64,000 nt of DNA. It comes from Candidatus Woesebacteria bacterium GW2011_GWA1_39_21 (GTDB lineage: Bacteria > Patescibacteriota > Microgenomatia > UBA8517). Of this stretch, positions 51,549 through 61,597 are shown in pieces. The DNA is taken from contig LBWP01000001.1 of NCBI GenBank assembly GCA_000993685.1, forward strand, positions 9,739 through 73,738, given 5' to 3'. How positions within the stretch are numbered: the stretch's first letter is position 1; each line of letters opens with the position of its first letter. Both the position numbers and the translations under genes were made by a program. The notes under the pieces are model-generated. The model was not told the DNA's origin and searched no databases. It saw only the letters and a program-made list of their open reading frames with translations.

Positions 51549-52076
51549 ATGAGACAAATTAATTTGCTTCCTACTGAGTTTAGGCCGGGAAGACAAGTGA
51601 ATTTAGCGGTTAAGAAAGCCGAGCGAGTGATTCTAGCGCTTTTGGGCATATATATTATCGTTGCCGTGGCTGCGTTGGCTGCGACTTACTATTTAGGCAA
51701 GAAACTCAAGACCATAAATGTCGAAAAACAAGCACTATCTGCCGAGTTAAAAGGTTTGTCATCGGTTGAAAATTCGACCGTTTACATCCGAGATAGGGTT
51801 ACAAAATATAAATTGATGGAGAATAAAGATATTGAGATGAAAAATTACGGTAAGTTCAACGAGTCACTTGCCTTTTTGCCCGCTGACGCGAAAATTACCG
51901 ATGTATCAATCAGCGGAAATTCAGTGACTTATAGCGTTGGTGTTGGATCGGTCCAGTCTTTTTCCTATGTCTTAAAACAACTGGCTGATTCGCAAATTTA
52001 TAAAGACATTCTTGTTTCGGGAATTAGTTATCGACAGAACGAGGGCTATGTTTTTAATCTCGCGATGAGTTTTTAA
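51549..52076 (+). CDS. pilN: PilN-like protein
   Basis: INLLP motif plus TM segment, after pilM. Confidence 0.8.
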   Translation: MRQINLLPTEFRPGRQVNLAVKKAERVILALLGIYIIVAVAALAATYYLGKKLKTINVEKQALSAELKGLSSVENSTVYIRDRVTKYKLMENKDIEMKNYGKFNESLAFLPADAKITDVSISGNSVTYSVGVGSVQSFSYVLKQLADSQIYKDILVSGISYRQNEGYVFNLAMSF

Positions 52077-52137
52077 AAATCAGTTAAGGTTTTATTTAAA
52101 TATAGTTTAAGTGTAAATTTTATAAGTATTAATCATC

Positions 52138-52878
52138 ATGTCACTGGAACTAAAAGGTGGTGTTTCGTTAGCTAATAGTAAGCCTTACCTAATTGTCTTT
52201 GCGGGGTTTGTCATTCTTTTCGCTCTGATTTATGCAACGGCAGGACGGATTTATAACGGAATGATAAAGACTATAAATGACAGTAAAGAAGTTGAGAAAG
52301 ATGTTGGCCTGCTTGACTCGAAAATAAATTCTCTGAAGACAATTAAGGTTGACTTGGGTAGCGATGATGTTAATTCTCTTAATGTTGCGTTTCCGGAAGA
52401 AGATAAAATGCTTTTTTTGTTTTCGCAACTGAAGGAATTAGCAAAAAATGATGGCGTGACACTAACAAATATTGATTTTACAACACCCTCCGTTCAAGAA
52501 GGCGATTTGTCAAGAAGCGTCATCAATTTGAGTATTAGTGGTGTTAAGACATCGGTTGAGAGTTTTATGTCGTCGGTCGCGGCGATTGCGCCGCTTTCCG
52601 GAATTGGACCTGTGAACTTTAGTAACGTTACTACCGAGGAAGGTCTTTTTGTGGTCAATGCATCCGTGGAAACTTATTTTTCCCCACTTCCAAAAAACCT
52701 GCCCAGCCAAAGTAGTTACATAAGCGTTTTAACTGATGATGAGAAGCAAACACTAAATACGCTTAAAAGTTTGAAAGTTCTGTCGGTTTACGTGAGTCAG
52801 GCTAAGCCGGCGGACGAAAGCGCAGTTAACCCATTTAATGAAGAAGAAACACAGCCTGTGCCCACACCGGCGCAGTAA
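52138..52878 (+). CDS. pilO: PilO-like protein
   Basis: TM segment plus coiled coil, after pilN. Confidence 0.65.
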   Translation: MSLELKGGVSLANSKPYLIVFAGFVILFALIYATAGRIYNGMIKTINDSKEVEKDVGLLDSKINSLKTIKVDLGSDDVNSLNVAFPEEDKMLFLFSQLKELAKNDGVTLTNIDFTTPSVQEGDLSRSVINLSISGVKTSVESFMSSVAAIAPLSGIGPVNFSNVTTEEGLFVVNASVETYFSPLPKNLPSQSSYISVLTDDEKQTLNTLKSLKVLSVYVSQAKPADESAVNPFNEEETQPVPTPAQ

Positions 52879-52880
52879 AT

Positions 52881-53126
52881 TTATTCGGTGGCTTTGTTTT
52901 CTTCGATCTCGAGAGTGAAGCCTATTCTTTCGAGGGTTGCCTTCGTTTTTAGAAGGGTGCGGATTGCTTTAATCATTCGCCCTTTTTTCCCGATAATTAT
53001 TCCCATATTTTCAGGTTTCGTGACGATTTTAAGTTTACTAAAACCTTCAGTTTGGTTATCCTCTTCAATTTTGAAATCTTTATTATCAAGGATTTCACTT
53101 ATGATGTGTTGTAGTAGGCTCTTCAT
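52881..53126 (-). CDS. khpA: KH domain RNA-binding protein
   Basis: MGIIIGKKGRMIKAIRTLL; follows rpsP. Confidence 0.88.
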   Translation of the reverse strand: MKSLLQHIISEILDNKDFKIEEDNQTEGFSKLKIVTKPENMGIIIGKKGRMIKAIRTLLKTKATLERIGFTLEIEENKATE

Positions 53127-53344
53127 TTTGTTAATAGTTTTTTTAAAGAAGCCGATGCAATTGCACCCCGGCCAATCCATTTTTTGTAAGCATCATTGTC
53201 AATTTTGAACTCTTTTTTCGCGGGATTGAAAAACCCGATGTTTTCGATATACTTGCCGGTGTTTTTCTTTTCACCCTCAATAACAACAACTCTATAAAAG
53301 AGACTGTTTTTGCCTCCCCGTTTTGATAAGCGTATTTTTATCAT
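53123..53344 (-). CDS. rpsP: 30S ribosomal protein S16
   Basis: MIKIRLSKRG..FYRVVV..GKYIENIGFFNP. Confidence 0.93.
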   Translation of the reverse strand: MIKIRLSKRGGKNSLFYRVVVIEGEKKNTGKYIENIGFFNPAKKEFKIDNDAYKKWIGRGAIASASLKKLLTK

Positions 53345-53504
53345 ATAAATTTCAAGAAAACCGTCAATAAGTACTCGACGGAGGAATTGACAATGCAAAG
53401 CATTGGTTATTCACTTGATATGTCATCCTCCCTCAAGTGGAATCGCCGATTAATTCGGCGAAGGATGACATAACATTAGTGATTTTAACGATTTTTGCTT
53501 CCGA

Positions 53505-54173
53505 TTACAAGTTTTTCTCGAGAGCATCTTTGGCGGCGTTCTGCGCGGCTTCACTTTTGCTTTTGCCGGTTCCTGTTCCCATGGTATTTCCGTCAACGGT
53601 TACATCAAGTGTAAATGTTTTATCATGGTCCGGGCCAACCTCTTTAATAACCTGATATTTAGGTGTAGAAAGACCCTTGGCTTGAACATATTCTTGAAAA
53701 AGGCTTTTTGGGTCTTTTAACGGCTCCTTACTGATTTCTTCGAGATTTGGAATGATTTTCTCTTTGATAAAATTTTTACAACTAACGAGTCCTTGGTCGA
53801 GATAAACGGCTCCAATGACCGCCTCGAGCGTGTCGGCTAAAAGTGAATGATTGGATCTTCCCCCAGTGTCCTCTTCACCTTTGCTCAGAAGCAAAAATTT
53901 ACCAAGGGCGAATTTTTCTGAGGCTTCGGATAGACTTTCGGTGTTTACTATCCGAGCGCGCAGCGCGGTTAGGAACCCCTCTTCTTTTTCTGGAAATTGG
54001 ACGTAGATCAGATCAGAAACGACGTATTCGAGGATTGCATCGCCAAGAAACTCCAATCTTTCATTTGAACGATTTTGGTTTTTATGTTCGTTGACCCACG
54101 AACGGTGAGTGAGTGCGGTGTTTAAAAGCTTTGCATCCTTAAAACTTTTTTTGAGTTCGTTAAACGATTTCAT
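53505..54173 (-). CDS. rnc: Ribonuclease III
   Basis: ALTHRS, NERLEFLGDAIL, DTLEAVIGA, dsRBD. Confidence 0.96.
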   Translation of the reverse strand: MKSFNELKKSFKDAKLLNTALTHRSWVNEHKNQNRSNERLEFLGDAILEYVVSDLIYVQFPEKEEGFLTALRARIVNTESLSEASEKFALGKFLLLSKGEEDTGGRSNHSLLADTLEAVIGAVYLDQGLVSCKNFIKEKIIPNLEEISKEPLKDPKSLFQEYVQAKGLSTPKYQVIKEVGPDHDKTFTLDVTVDGNTMGTGTGKSKSEAAQNAAKDALEKNL

Positions 54174-54178
54174 ATATT

Positions 54179-54433
54179 TTAAAATTCTTCATTTTCGACA
54201 ATTGTATCAATAATATCTGAAATGCACTGAATTTTTTGAATTTCGGAAAAATCCGTTTTTATTTCTTGCGTGGCGAGCAAGTTAAGAAAATCGGAGATTT
54301 CTGCCGGGCTCATATGCAGGTCCTCTTTTAGTGAGTCATCGGTGGCAATATCTTCGACATCAATACCAAGGTATTCTGACAACTTCCTTTTTATGATATT
54401 TTCAACTTTTGTGTGCTTGCCTTCTTCGTTCAT
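54179..54433 (-). CDS. Acyl carrier protein-like, degenerate
   Basis: Acidic 84 aa protein with ACP-like pattern in the rpmF-rnc context; DS motif absent. Confidence 0.6.
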   Translation of the reverse strand: MNEEGKHTKVENIIKRKLSEYLGIDVEDIATDDSLKEDLHMSPAEISDFLNLLATQEIKTDFSEIQKIQCISDIIDTIVENEEF

Positions 54434-54783
54434 GTTTTGTTTTCGTATATTGTACCCAATACACCATTGATAAAGGAAGACGAACTTTCAGAGCCGTATT
54501 CTTTTGCGATTTCAACCGCTTCGTCGATAACTACTTTTTGGGGAACGGCCTTTTCCATAAGTTCGTAAACGGCAAAGCGCAAAATTGCAAGGTCGATTTT
54601 GTTGATTTTGTCTATCGGCCATGTCGGCGCCGCCTTTGTAATCTCTTCGTCAATTTTTGGAAGCAAAGCGAGAATTTTCTTAACATTTTTGGGAACATTT
54701 GTTTGATTTCCAAAACTTTTTGCAAAAAGATATTTGACGAGTTGTTTTCGATAGATATGTCTGGGGTCTTTCGCTGTTTTCAT
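54430..54783 (-). CDS. nusB: Transcription antitermination factor NusB
   Basis: IDLAILR.AVYEL, VVIDEAVEIAKEYG, FINGVLG. Confidence 0.93.
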   Translation of the reverse strand: MKTAKDPRHIYRKQLVKYLFAKSFGNQTNVPKNVKKILALLPKIDEEITKAAPTWPIDKINKIDLAILRFAVYELMEKAVPQKVVIDEAVEIAKEYGSESSSSFINGVLGTIYENKT

Positions 54784-54844
54784 ACATTAATACTAATCAA
54801 CGTCTATATCCAAATGCAATCGGTGAAAATACAAAAAGTTCAGC

Positions 54845-55000
54845 CTACTTGTAGAAGCCGCAATATTTACAGGCTTTGTGTGGTTCCCTGAGTCTTTTAC
54901 AAGATGGACATTTTGCCAGTGTTGGGAATTTTGCCGGATCAGAATTTCTTCTGATGTTGCTGCGCGAACGTGTGTGCTTCTTTTTTGGTAGAGGTGTCAT
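54845..55000 (-). CDS. rpmF: 50S ribosomal protein L32 (not in ORF track)
   Basis: Manual translation MTPLPKKKHTRSRSNIRR...CPSC...PHKACKYCGFYK, 51 aa. Confidence 0.92.
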   Translation of the reverse strand: MTPLPKKKHTRSRSNIRRNSDPAKFPTLAKCPSCKRLREPHKACKYCGFYK

Positions 55001-55200
55001 ACACGAGTGATTTTACAAAATAATCGCCGTTTATACAATTGGGGAAATGATTTTAGCGTGTAGTTTGTAAATATCGTGGACTTTCATCTCACCGATAACC
55101 TGCCTGTTTTTACGCAGGTAAACGCGGGTAGAAGTAAACGAGTGTACTTATTTAGCCCGTAAGGCCGAGAATACGGAGGGCCTGCCCTTAGGTAGTTTAT

Positions 55201-55306
55201 AACAGCGTTCAAGAAAACCCCACCCTTCAGGGTGGGGATGAATTGAACTCTGATATGTGTCATCCTCCTTGGGGAAACCCCGCCTTTTAAGGCGGGGAGG
55301 ATGTCA
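55201..55306 (+). mobile_element. Family A element copy 2
   Basis: After TTAT; near-identical to 57348-57451. Confidence 0.85.
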
Positions 55307-55310
55307 CTTT

Positions 55311-57326
55311 TTAGTTTAATCCAATTTCTTCACCAAGTACGTGATTAAGTAATTTTTTGTATTTACTGCGGTTGACAATGATACGGTCGGCATATCCTTT
55401 TGCGAGTTTAATCAGTTTGGTATCTTCCCATGAGGCATTTTTCAACTCGTAGAATCCGTGTTGGGCTGTCCCAAAGATTTCTCCGGGACCCCTGATTTTC
55501 AGATCGATTTCGGCAAGTTCAAATCCCGAGTTGTGAGATTTTAATGCGGCCAATCTTTTTGAGACATAACGGTCGTATTTTGTTGGAAGCAGGAGGCAAT
55601 ATGACTTTTTGCTACCGCGCCCGACACGTCCTCGCAATTGATGTAGTTGTGCCAATCCGAATCTTTCCGCGGCTTCTACAATCATAATTGTGGCATTGGC
55701 AATATCGATACCGACTTCGACAACAGGAGTTGAGACAAGGATATCGCTTTTTCCTTCTTTAAAACGCTTGATAGCAAGGTCCTTTTCCGCCGGTTTCATT
55801 CTTCCATGCAGGATATCGACACGATAGCCCTTAAAAATTTTTTTGAGTGATTCGAATTCGGCGACGACTGCCCGTACCGATTTAAGTGTTTCGGCTTCCG
55901 ACTCTTCAATCAAAGGACAAATATTGAAAACCTGAATATGTTCATTCTTGATTTGTTTTTTGATCCAATCGTATGCAGGTGACCTTTTTTTTGACGGGAC
56001 AATCCAGGTGGTGACAGGTTTTCTTCCCACGGGTAGTTCGGTAAGAAGCGACAAATCAAGATCGCCGTAGATTGTCAGCGCAACAGTTCTTGGAATTGGT
56101 GTTGCTGTCATAGTTAAGACGTGTGGAATTTTGTTGCCACTCCCCGACTGTTTAATCAGGTGCGTCCTTTGTTCAACTCCGAAACGATGCTGTTCGTCGA
56201 TGACGATAATTCCAACTTGCTCGCTATCAATAATTCTGTGGATAAGTGCATGTGTTCCAACAAAAACGTCAGTTTTGCCAAGGTCACCCTTTTTTGTATT
56301 CGAAGTGATTAGTTTGACTCTGATTTTGTATTTTTCAAAAAGCTTGTTAAGGGTTTCGAAATGTTGGTTTGCCAGGATTTGTGTTGGCGCCATCACAATG
56401 GATTGATATCCGGCAAGAAATGTTGCAAAAATACCAATAGCCGCGACGACGGTTTTTCCGCTTCCAACATCACCTTCGAGAAGTCGATTCATCGGTGTTT
56501 CTTTCGTGAGGTCGGTTAATATTTCTTTGACGCTTTTTTCCTGTGACAATGTGAGCATAAAGGGAAGGTTTTTGATAAACGTGTCAATCTGACTACTATT
56601 GACCTTGATTTTGTAAAGAGCGATGTTTTCTTTCCAACGCTCTTTGCGATACGTGCTGCGAATTGTCAAAGTGAGAAGCTCATTAAACGCCAATCGTTTC
56701 TTAGCGTTTAGATACTCGTCTTCATTTTCAGGAAAGTGAAGCTTATGAATTGCAGCTTCGTAATCCATCAACGAATATTTTTGAAGATCGGTTACAGGTA
56801 TAAAGTCTACAATTTCCGGTTTTGAAACCTGCAGTGCGAAAGCAATTTTTGTACGGAGCCATTTTGACGACACGCCGTATGTTTCTGGATATATTGGAAT
56901 GAGTCGACCGGTGTGGATTGAACCAGCGCCGAGTTCATAATCTGGAGCAATAAAAGCTTTATCGGATCCAAAAAATTCGATCTTTCCTGCAAACCAATAT
57001 TCAATTTTTCGCTTCAGGCTCATCATCAGGTAGGGTTGGTTAAACCAAATGATTTTCATTTTCCCACTTGTGTCTTCGATTTCGGCTAATTGCATAACTT
57101 TTCCGGATTTGGTGTATTGGTTTCGTATGAAATTTAACTTGGCCTTCACAGATGCAATATCACCAATCCTTAGTTTCGCAATCGGTTTTGTTTTTCGGTA
57201 GTCAAGATATCTACTTGGGGGGTGTGTTAACAAATCGGAAATTTTTGCAATCCCCAGTTTTTCAAGTCTTTTTAAATAAACAGGGCCGATTTTTGGCAAT
57301 CTTGAGACTGGATTAGACAATTTCAT
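55311..57326 (-). CDS. recG: ATP-dependent DNA helicase RecG
   Basis: GDVGSGKT, DEQHRFGV, MTATPIPRT, QLHQLRGRVGRG. Confidence 0.96.
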   Translation of the reverse strand: MKLSNPVSRLPKIGPVYLKRLEKLGIAKISDLLTHPPSRYLDYRKTKPIAKLRIGDIASVKAKLNFIRNQYTKSGKVMQLAEIEDTSGKMKIIWFNQPYLMMSLKRKIEYWFAGKIEFFGSDKAFIAPDYELGAGSIHTGRLIPIYPETYGVSSKWLRTKIAFALQVSKPEIVDFIPVTDLQKYSLMDYEAAIHKLHFPENEDEYLNAKKRLAFNELLTLTIRSTYRKERWKENIALYKIKVNSSQIDTFIKNLPFMLTLSQEKSVKEILTDLTKETPMNRLLEGDVGSGKTVVAAIGIFATFLAGYQSIVMAPTQILANQHFETLNKLFEKYKIRVKLITSNTKKGDLGKTDVFVGTHALIHRIIDSEQVGIIVIDEQHRFGVEQRTHLIKQSGSGNKIPHVLTMTATPIPRTVALTIYGDLDLSLLTELPVGRKPVTTWIVPSKKRSPAYDWIKKQIKNEHIQVFNICPLIEESEAETLKSVRAVVAEFESLKKIFKGYRVDILHGRMKPAEKDLAIKRFKEGKSDILVSTPVVEVGIDIANATIMIVEAAERFGLAQLHQLRGRVGRGSKKSYCLLLPTKYDRYVSKRLAALKSHNSGFELAEIDLKIRGPGEIFGTAQHGFYELKNASWEDTKLIKLAKGYADRIIVNRSKYKKLLNHVLGEEIGLN

Positions 57327-57347
57327 TAAGATTATGATAACACTTAT

Positions 57348-57451
57348 AACAGCGTTCAAGAAAACCCCACCCTTCAGGGTGGGGATGAATTGAACTCTGA
57401 TATGTCATCCTCCTTGGGGAAACCCCGTCTTTTAAGGCGGGGAGGATGTCA
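57348..57451 (+). mobile_element. Family A element copy 3 (104 bp)
   Basis: After TTAT; same two hairpin ends as copies 1 and 2. Confidence 0.85.
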
Positions 57452-57481
57452 TTTTTAGCGCTCGTGGTTGATTTAATTTAT

Positions 57482-57589
57482 CTAAACGATGTAGAAAAGC
57501 ATCGGAATGAAGGTGGTTAGAAGTAACGCAATTGTCGCGATAATTACAAGAATTCTAATTAAACTCTGTTGTTTTTTAGTTCTTAACAT
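57482..57589 (-). CDS. Small single-TM peptide (35 aa)
   Basis: MLRTKKQQSLIRILVIIATIALLLTTFIPMLFYIV just downstream of tyrS. Confidence 0.5.
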   Translation of the reverse strand: MLRTKKQQSLIRILVIIATIALLLTTFIPMLFYIV

Positions 57590-57607
57590 TATTTTGTAAT
57601 GTGGAGT

Positions 57608-58759
57608 TTACGTTATTTTTATAAAGACTTTCTCCCCAACTTTAATTTTATCACCGCTTTTCAATTTATATGATGGATCTGTGACTGTAGTACCATTGAT
57701 ATCAACCGACCCTTGGTTGATATATCTTTTGGCGTCCGAGGTGCTGCGAAGATTTGTAAACGGAGCGATTGTTTCCGCAAGATTGCTGGCAGGCGCAATT
57801 GGAGAGTATTCCGGTTCTTTCTCCTGAAACGTCCTTTCAAAAATGTCTTGAGCATTATTAGCGGCATCTTCTCCCCAAACCAGCTTTACAATTTCGTAAG
57901 CGAGGCGCTTTTTTTCTTGCATTGGGTTGTCCTTTATTTTTTCTGCAAGACCTTCTAAATCCACCTCCGTCAAAAGTTCAAATCCTTGATTGATAGTTTC
58001 ATCTGGGAAAGACATCACCCCACCATAAAAATCCGCAGGAGTTGAATCCAAAAAAAGTGCGTTGCCTGTGGTTTTGCCTACTTTTCTCCCCTCTTTATCG
58101 ACCAATAGTTTAGTTGTTAAACAGTACTTTTCTTTGTTTTTCATCGCTTTCATTAAAGTTCGTCCTGCAAGCAGATTGAACATTTGGTCGTTTCCTCCAA
58201 TTTCGAGATCAACATCCATTTCTACACAGTCAATTGAGACAGATAAAGGGTATAAAAATTCATGCAGGTATATCGGCTCATTCTTTTTTAGTCTCTCCTG
58301 AAACATATCGCGTTCGATCATTTGTTGGACGGTGTAATTTGAAGAAATCTCGATGAGATTTTTAAACGAAACTTTATCGAGCCACTGTGAATTGTATTTT
58401 ATCTCCACAGCATTTTCGCCTTCAAAGTCGAGTACGTTTTTGATTTGAGATTTCCAATTTTTGGCATTCTCCGTTACCTGTTCGCGGGTTAATTTTTTCC
58501 TGGCTGAAAGCTTATCAGTCGGGTCGCCGATCATTCCCGTAAAATCTCCAATTAAAAAGATGACTTTATGGCCTAATTTTTGGAATTGCCTTAGTTTCAT
58601 GACTCCAACCAAATTTCCCAAATGAAGCGACGGCATTGAAGGGTCGAATCCCTGGTAAAGGCTAATCTTTTTTTCTTGCATCAATTTTGCCAAACCGGCT
58701 TTGGTTGGTAGAATTTCAGCAACCCCTCGTGTTAGAACTTCGTCAATTGTAGTATTCAT
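57608..58759 (-). CDS. tyrS: Tyrosine--tRNA ligase
   Basis: GFDPS..LHLGN, GMIGDPT, GGNDQ, KVGKT, C-terminal S4 domain. Confidence 0.96.
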   Translation of the reverse strand: MNTTIDEVLTRGVAEILPTKAGLAKLMQEKKISLYQGFDPSMPSLHLGNLVGVMKLRQFQKLGHKVIFLIGDFTGMIGDPTDKLSARKKLTREQVTENAKNWKSQIKNVLDFEGENAVEIKYNSQWLDKVSFKNLIEISSNYTVQQMIERDMFQERLKKNEPIYLHEFLYPLSVSIDCVEMDVDLEIGGNDQMFNLLAGRTLMKAMKNKEKYCLTTKLLVDKEGRKVGKTTGNALFLDSTPADFYGGVMSFPDETINQGFELLTEVDLEGLAEKIKDNPMQEKKRLAYEIVKLVWGEDAANNAQDIFERTFQEKEPEYSPIAPASNLAETIAPFTNLRSTSDAKRYINQGSVDINGTTVTDPSYKLKSGDKIKVGEKVFIKIT

Positions 58760-58850
58760 ATACCTTAATTATAGCTTCTGTTTTTTTCTTTACAACATAC
58801 ATGCTTTTTGGAACTTAACGTTAAATGCTATCATTAAATAGTTTGCTAAA

Positions 58851-61550
58851 ATGAAAAAACTAAGTAGAATTAGAATACTTTCGCTGGGCAGCGGCGAAGA
58901 TGCTTTAATAAATATTAGTAGCTCGGAAGATGCTTTAAGTATGTGGAGAAGACGTTTTGAAAGGCAACGTGTGCCAAAGAGGAATTCGGGGTTTCGTAGT
59001 AAGGAAAACTTCTCTTCACTGCTTTTAAGAATTTCTAAATTTGCTTTTTTTGCGCTAATCGCGGCGGTTGTGGTTGGTGTTGCTATTTTGAGTTACATCG
59101 CATACGATCTTCCTTCCCCCGACAAAATTGTAAGAAGAGAGGGTTTTTCCACAAAAATTCTTGACCGTAGCGGCGAGGTTTTATACGATATTTACCAGGA
59201 TCAAAAAAGAGTTCCTGTAAAATTTGAGGACGTTCCTGACTATCTTAAGGAAGCGACAATTTCGATTGAGGATAAGAACTTTTATTCGCATGAGGGTTTT
59301 GATGTGCTTGGTATTGTCAGGGGTTTTACGAAAATCTTTACCAAAGGACGTGCGGAAGGTGGTTCAACGATGACACAACAGCTTGTAAAAAATGTTCTTC
59401 TAACTTCGGAAAGATCGGTACTCCGTAAGATCAAAGAGTTTGTTCTCGCTGTTCAGATTGAACGTAAATATACAAAAGACGAGATTCTTTTGATGTATCT
59501 TAACGAAGCTCCGTATGGTGGAACGGCGTGGGGTGTCGAGGCTGCATCAGAAGCTTATTTTGGAAAAAGCGTTAAAGACCTAAATCTTGTCGAATCTGCA
59601 GTTTTGGCTGGTTTGCCGCAACGACCTTCGTACTACTCACCGTATTCCGCCAATTCCGATGCGTATAAAGCGCGGACACGTGATGTTCTTAGACGAATGC
59701 GCGAGGATGGACATATCACTTCTGACCTGGAGGATGAGGCCATCCAGATGCTTGACGAGATAAAATTTGCCGGCAAGGGTGGGAACTTTAAAGCACCACA
59801 TTTTGTTTCTTATGTCGAGCAAATTTTGGAAGATAAGTACGGTTCTGCAATTTTGGAGCAAGGCGGGTACACGATCACAACGACGCTTGATTGGAAAATT
59901 CAGGAGGAGGCGCAAAAGATAGTCACTGACGAGGTTAATAAAGTTGAGGGTTTAAATATCACCAATGGTGCGTCGGTAGTTTTGGACTCGCAGACGGGTG
60001 AAATATTAGCGATGGTCGGCTCGAAAGATTTTAGTGCCAAGGATTATGATGGCCAGGTTAATGTAACAACTGCACTTCGTCAACCGGGTTCGGCATTCAA
60101 GCCATTTACCTACGTTACGGCTTTTAAAAAGTATTACACGCCTTCAACTCTGATTATGGATGTTCCGACGGAATTTCCAGGGGGAATTGGCCAACCGGTT
60201 TATAAACCGGTTGACTATGACGGTAAATATCGTGGTCCGATTCAACTACGTTATGCCTTAGCCAATTCGATAAACATTCCTGCTGTTAAGCTTCTGGCGA
60301 TGGTAGGTATCCGTGATGTTTTGCGAACAGCGTATGACCTTGGCATCAATTCGCTTAAACCAACGGATGAAACAATGTCGCGGGTTGGTTTATCACTTAC
60401 TTTGGGAGGCGGAGAAGTCAGGCTTTTAGAGTTGACCTCTGCATATAGTGCTTTTATGAATAAGGGCTATAGAGTCGATCCGGTTTCAATCTTAAAGATC
60501 GAAGATGCAAATGGTAAAGTGCTTGAAGAAAATAAGCCGGAGAAAGGCAAACAAGTTTTGTCGGAAGCAGAGGCGTTTTTAATCGCTAACATTTTGTCGG
60601 ATAACAGTGCTAGGGCAATGATTTTTGGTGAAAACTCGCTTTTGAATATTGCAGGAAAACAGATTGCTGTTAAGACAGGAACGACGAATGATAAAAGAGA
60701 TAACTGGGCAGTTGGTGGAAATCCCCAGGTGGTTGTCGGAACTTGGGTTGGTAATAACGATAATTCGCCGATGAAGCAAGTTGCCTCGGGTGTTTCTGGA
60801 GCTTCGCCGATTTGGCGTAAGATTTTACTTAAATCCCTGGACGGTAAACCGAACGCCACCTTTGAAATTCCGGAAAATGTCGTTACTAAGGAGGTGGATT
60901 CTGTTTCCGGTTACTCAGCACACGATGGTTTTCCATCAAGGCTGGAATATTTTATAAAAGGGACAGAACCCGGAAACGACCTAGTCCATATCAAATTAAA
61001 GATGTGTAAAAGTCAGGGGAAATTAGCTACTCCGTCGGACGTTTCCTCGGGGAATTATGAAGAGCGCGAGTACTTCGTGTTTAAGGAAGAAGATGTTACA
61101 GGCGGAATTGATGGGGTGAATAAATGGCAGGAAGGAATTCTTGCGTGGATTACTTCGCAAAATGATTCACGGTACAATCCACCTACCGATTATTGTGAAG
61201 GCTCAAACCCGATAAGTGTTGATTTTAATTCCCCACGCGACCACAATTCAAACCTTCCTGAAAAGTTTAACGTTGATATTAAGGTTGACTCGGTAAACGA
61301 TATTTCAGAGGTCGTTCTTGAAATTGATGGAGTGAAACTACGAACATTTACCGGAAAACCTTTCAGTCAAGATGTTGATCTTTCAAGCGGCGTACACCAG
61401 TTGAGAGCGGTTTCCAGAGATGTTAATGGAAAAGAATCTGATAAGACCATTACAATTGGAGTTGGTGTCCCTTGGGATTATTTCCCCTCACCTACTCCAA
61501 CGCCGACACCTGTGTCCACAAGTGCGCCAACTAACACACCCACACCTTGA
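58851..61550 (+). CDS. Class A penicillin-binding protein (PBP1A-like) with C-terminal Ig-like domain
   Basis: EDKNFY.H.G, GGSTMTQQLVKN, SAFK, SIN, KTG; start may be 58941. Confidence 0.93.
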   Translation: MKKLSRIRILSLGSGEDALINISSSEDALSMWRRRFERQRVPKRNSGFRSKENFSSLLLRISKFAFFALIAAVVVGVAILSYIAYDLPSPDKIVRREGFSTKILDRSGEVLYDIYQDQKRVPVKFEDVPDYLKEATISIEDKNFYSHEGFDVLGIVRGFTKIFTKGRAEGGSTMTQQLVKNVLLTSERSVLRKIKEFVLAVQIERKYTKDEILLMYLNEAPYGGTAWGVEAASEAYFGKSVKDLNLVESAVLAGLPQRPSYYSPYSANSDAYKARTRDVLRRMREDGHITSDLEDEAIQMLDEIKFAGKGGNFKAPHFVSYVEQILEDKYGSAILEQGGYTITTTLDWKIQEEAQKIVTDEVNKVEGLNITNGASVVLDSQTGEILAMVGSKDFSAKDYDGQVNVTTALRQPGSAFKPFTYVTAFKKYYTPSTLIMDVPTEFPGGIGQPVYKPVDYDGKYRGPIQLRYALANSINIPAVKLLAMVGIRDVLRTAYDLGINSLKPTDETMSRVGLSLTLGGGEVRLLELTSAYSAFMNKGYRVDPVSILKIEDANGKVLEENKPEKGKQVLSEAEAFLIANILSDNSARAMIFGENSLLNIAGKQIAVKTGTTNDKRDNWAVGGNPQVVVGTWVGNNDNSPMKQVASGVSGASPIWRKILLKSLDGKPNATFEIPENVVTKEVDSVSGYSAHDGFPSRLEYFIKGTEPGNDLVHIKLKMCKSQGKLATPSDVSSGNYEEREYFVFKEEDVTGGIDGVNKWQEGILAWITSQNDSRYNPPTDYCEGSNPISVDFNSPRDHNSNLPEKFNVDIKVDSVNDISEVVLEIDGVKLRTFTGKPFSQDVDLSSGVHQLRAVSRDVNGKESDKTITIGVGVPWDYFPSPTPTPTPVSTSAPTNTPTP

Positions 61551-61597
61551 CAGTGTGATATAATCCCCTTAATAGAATTTTGTATTAGCTATAAAGT

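Noticed and set aside
57327-57359. recG start at 57359
   Set aside because: It falls inside the family A element; the ATG at 57326 is more plausible
58896-58938. 13 bp duplication GAAGATGCTTTAA at the PBP1A 5' end
   Set aside because: A single short duplication, probably local slippage; it only makes the start codon uncertain
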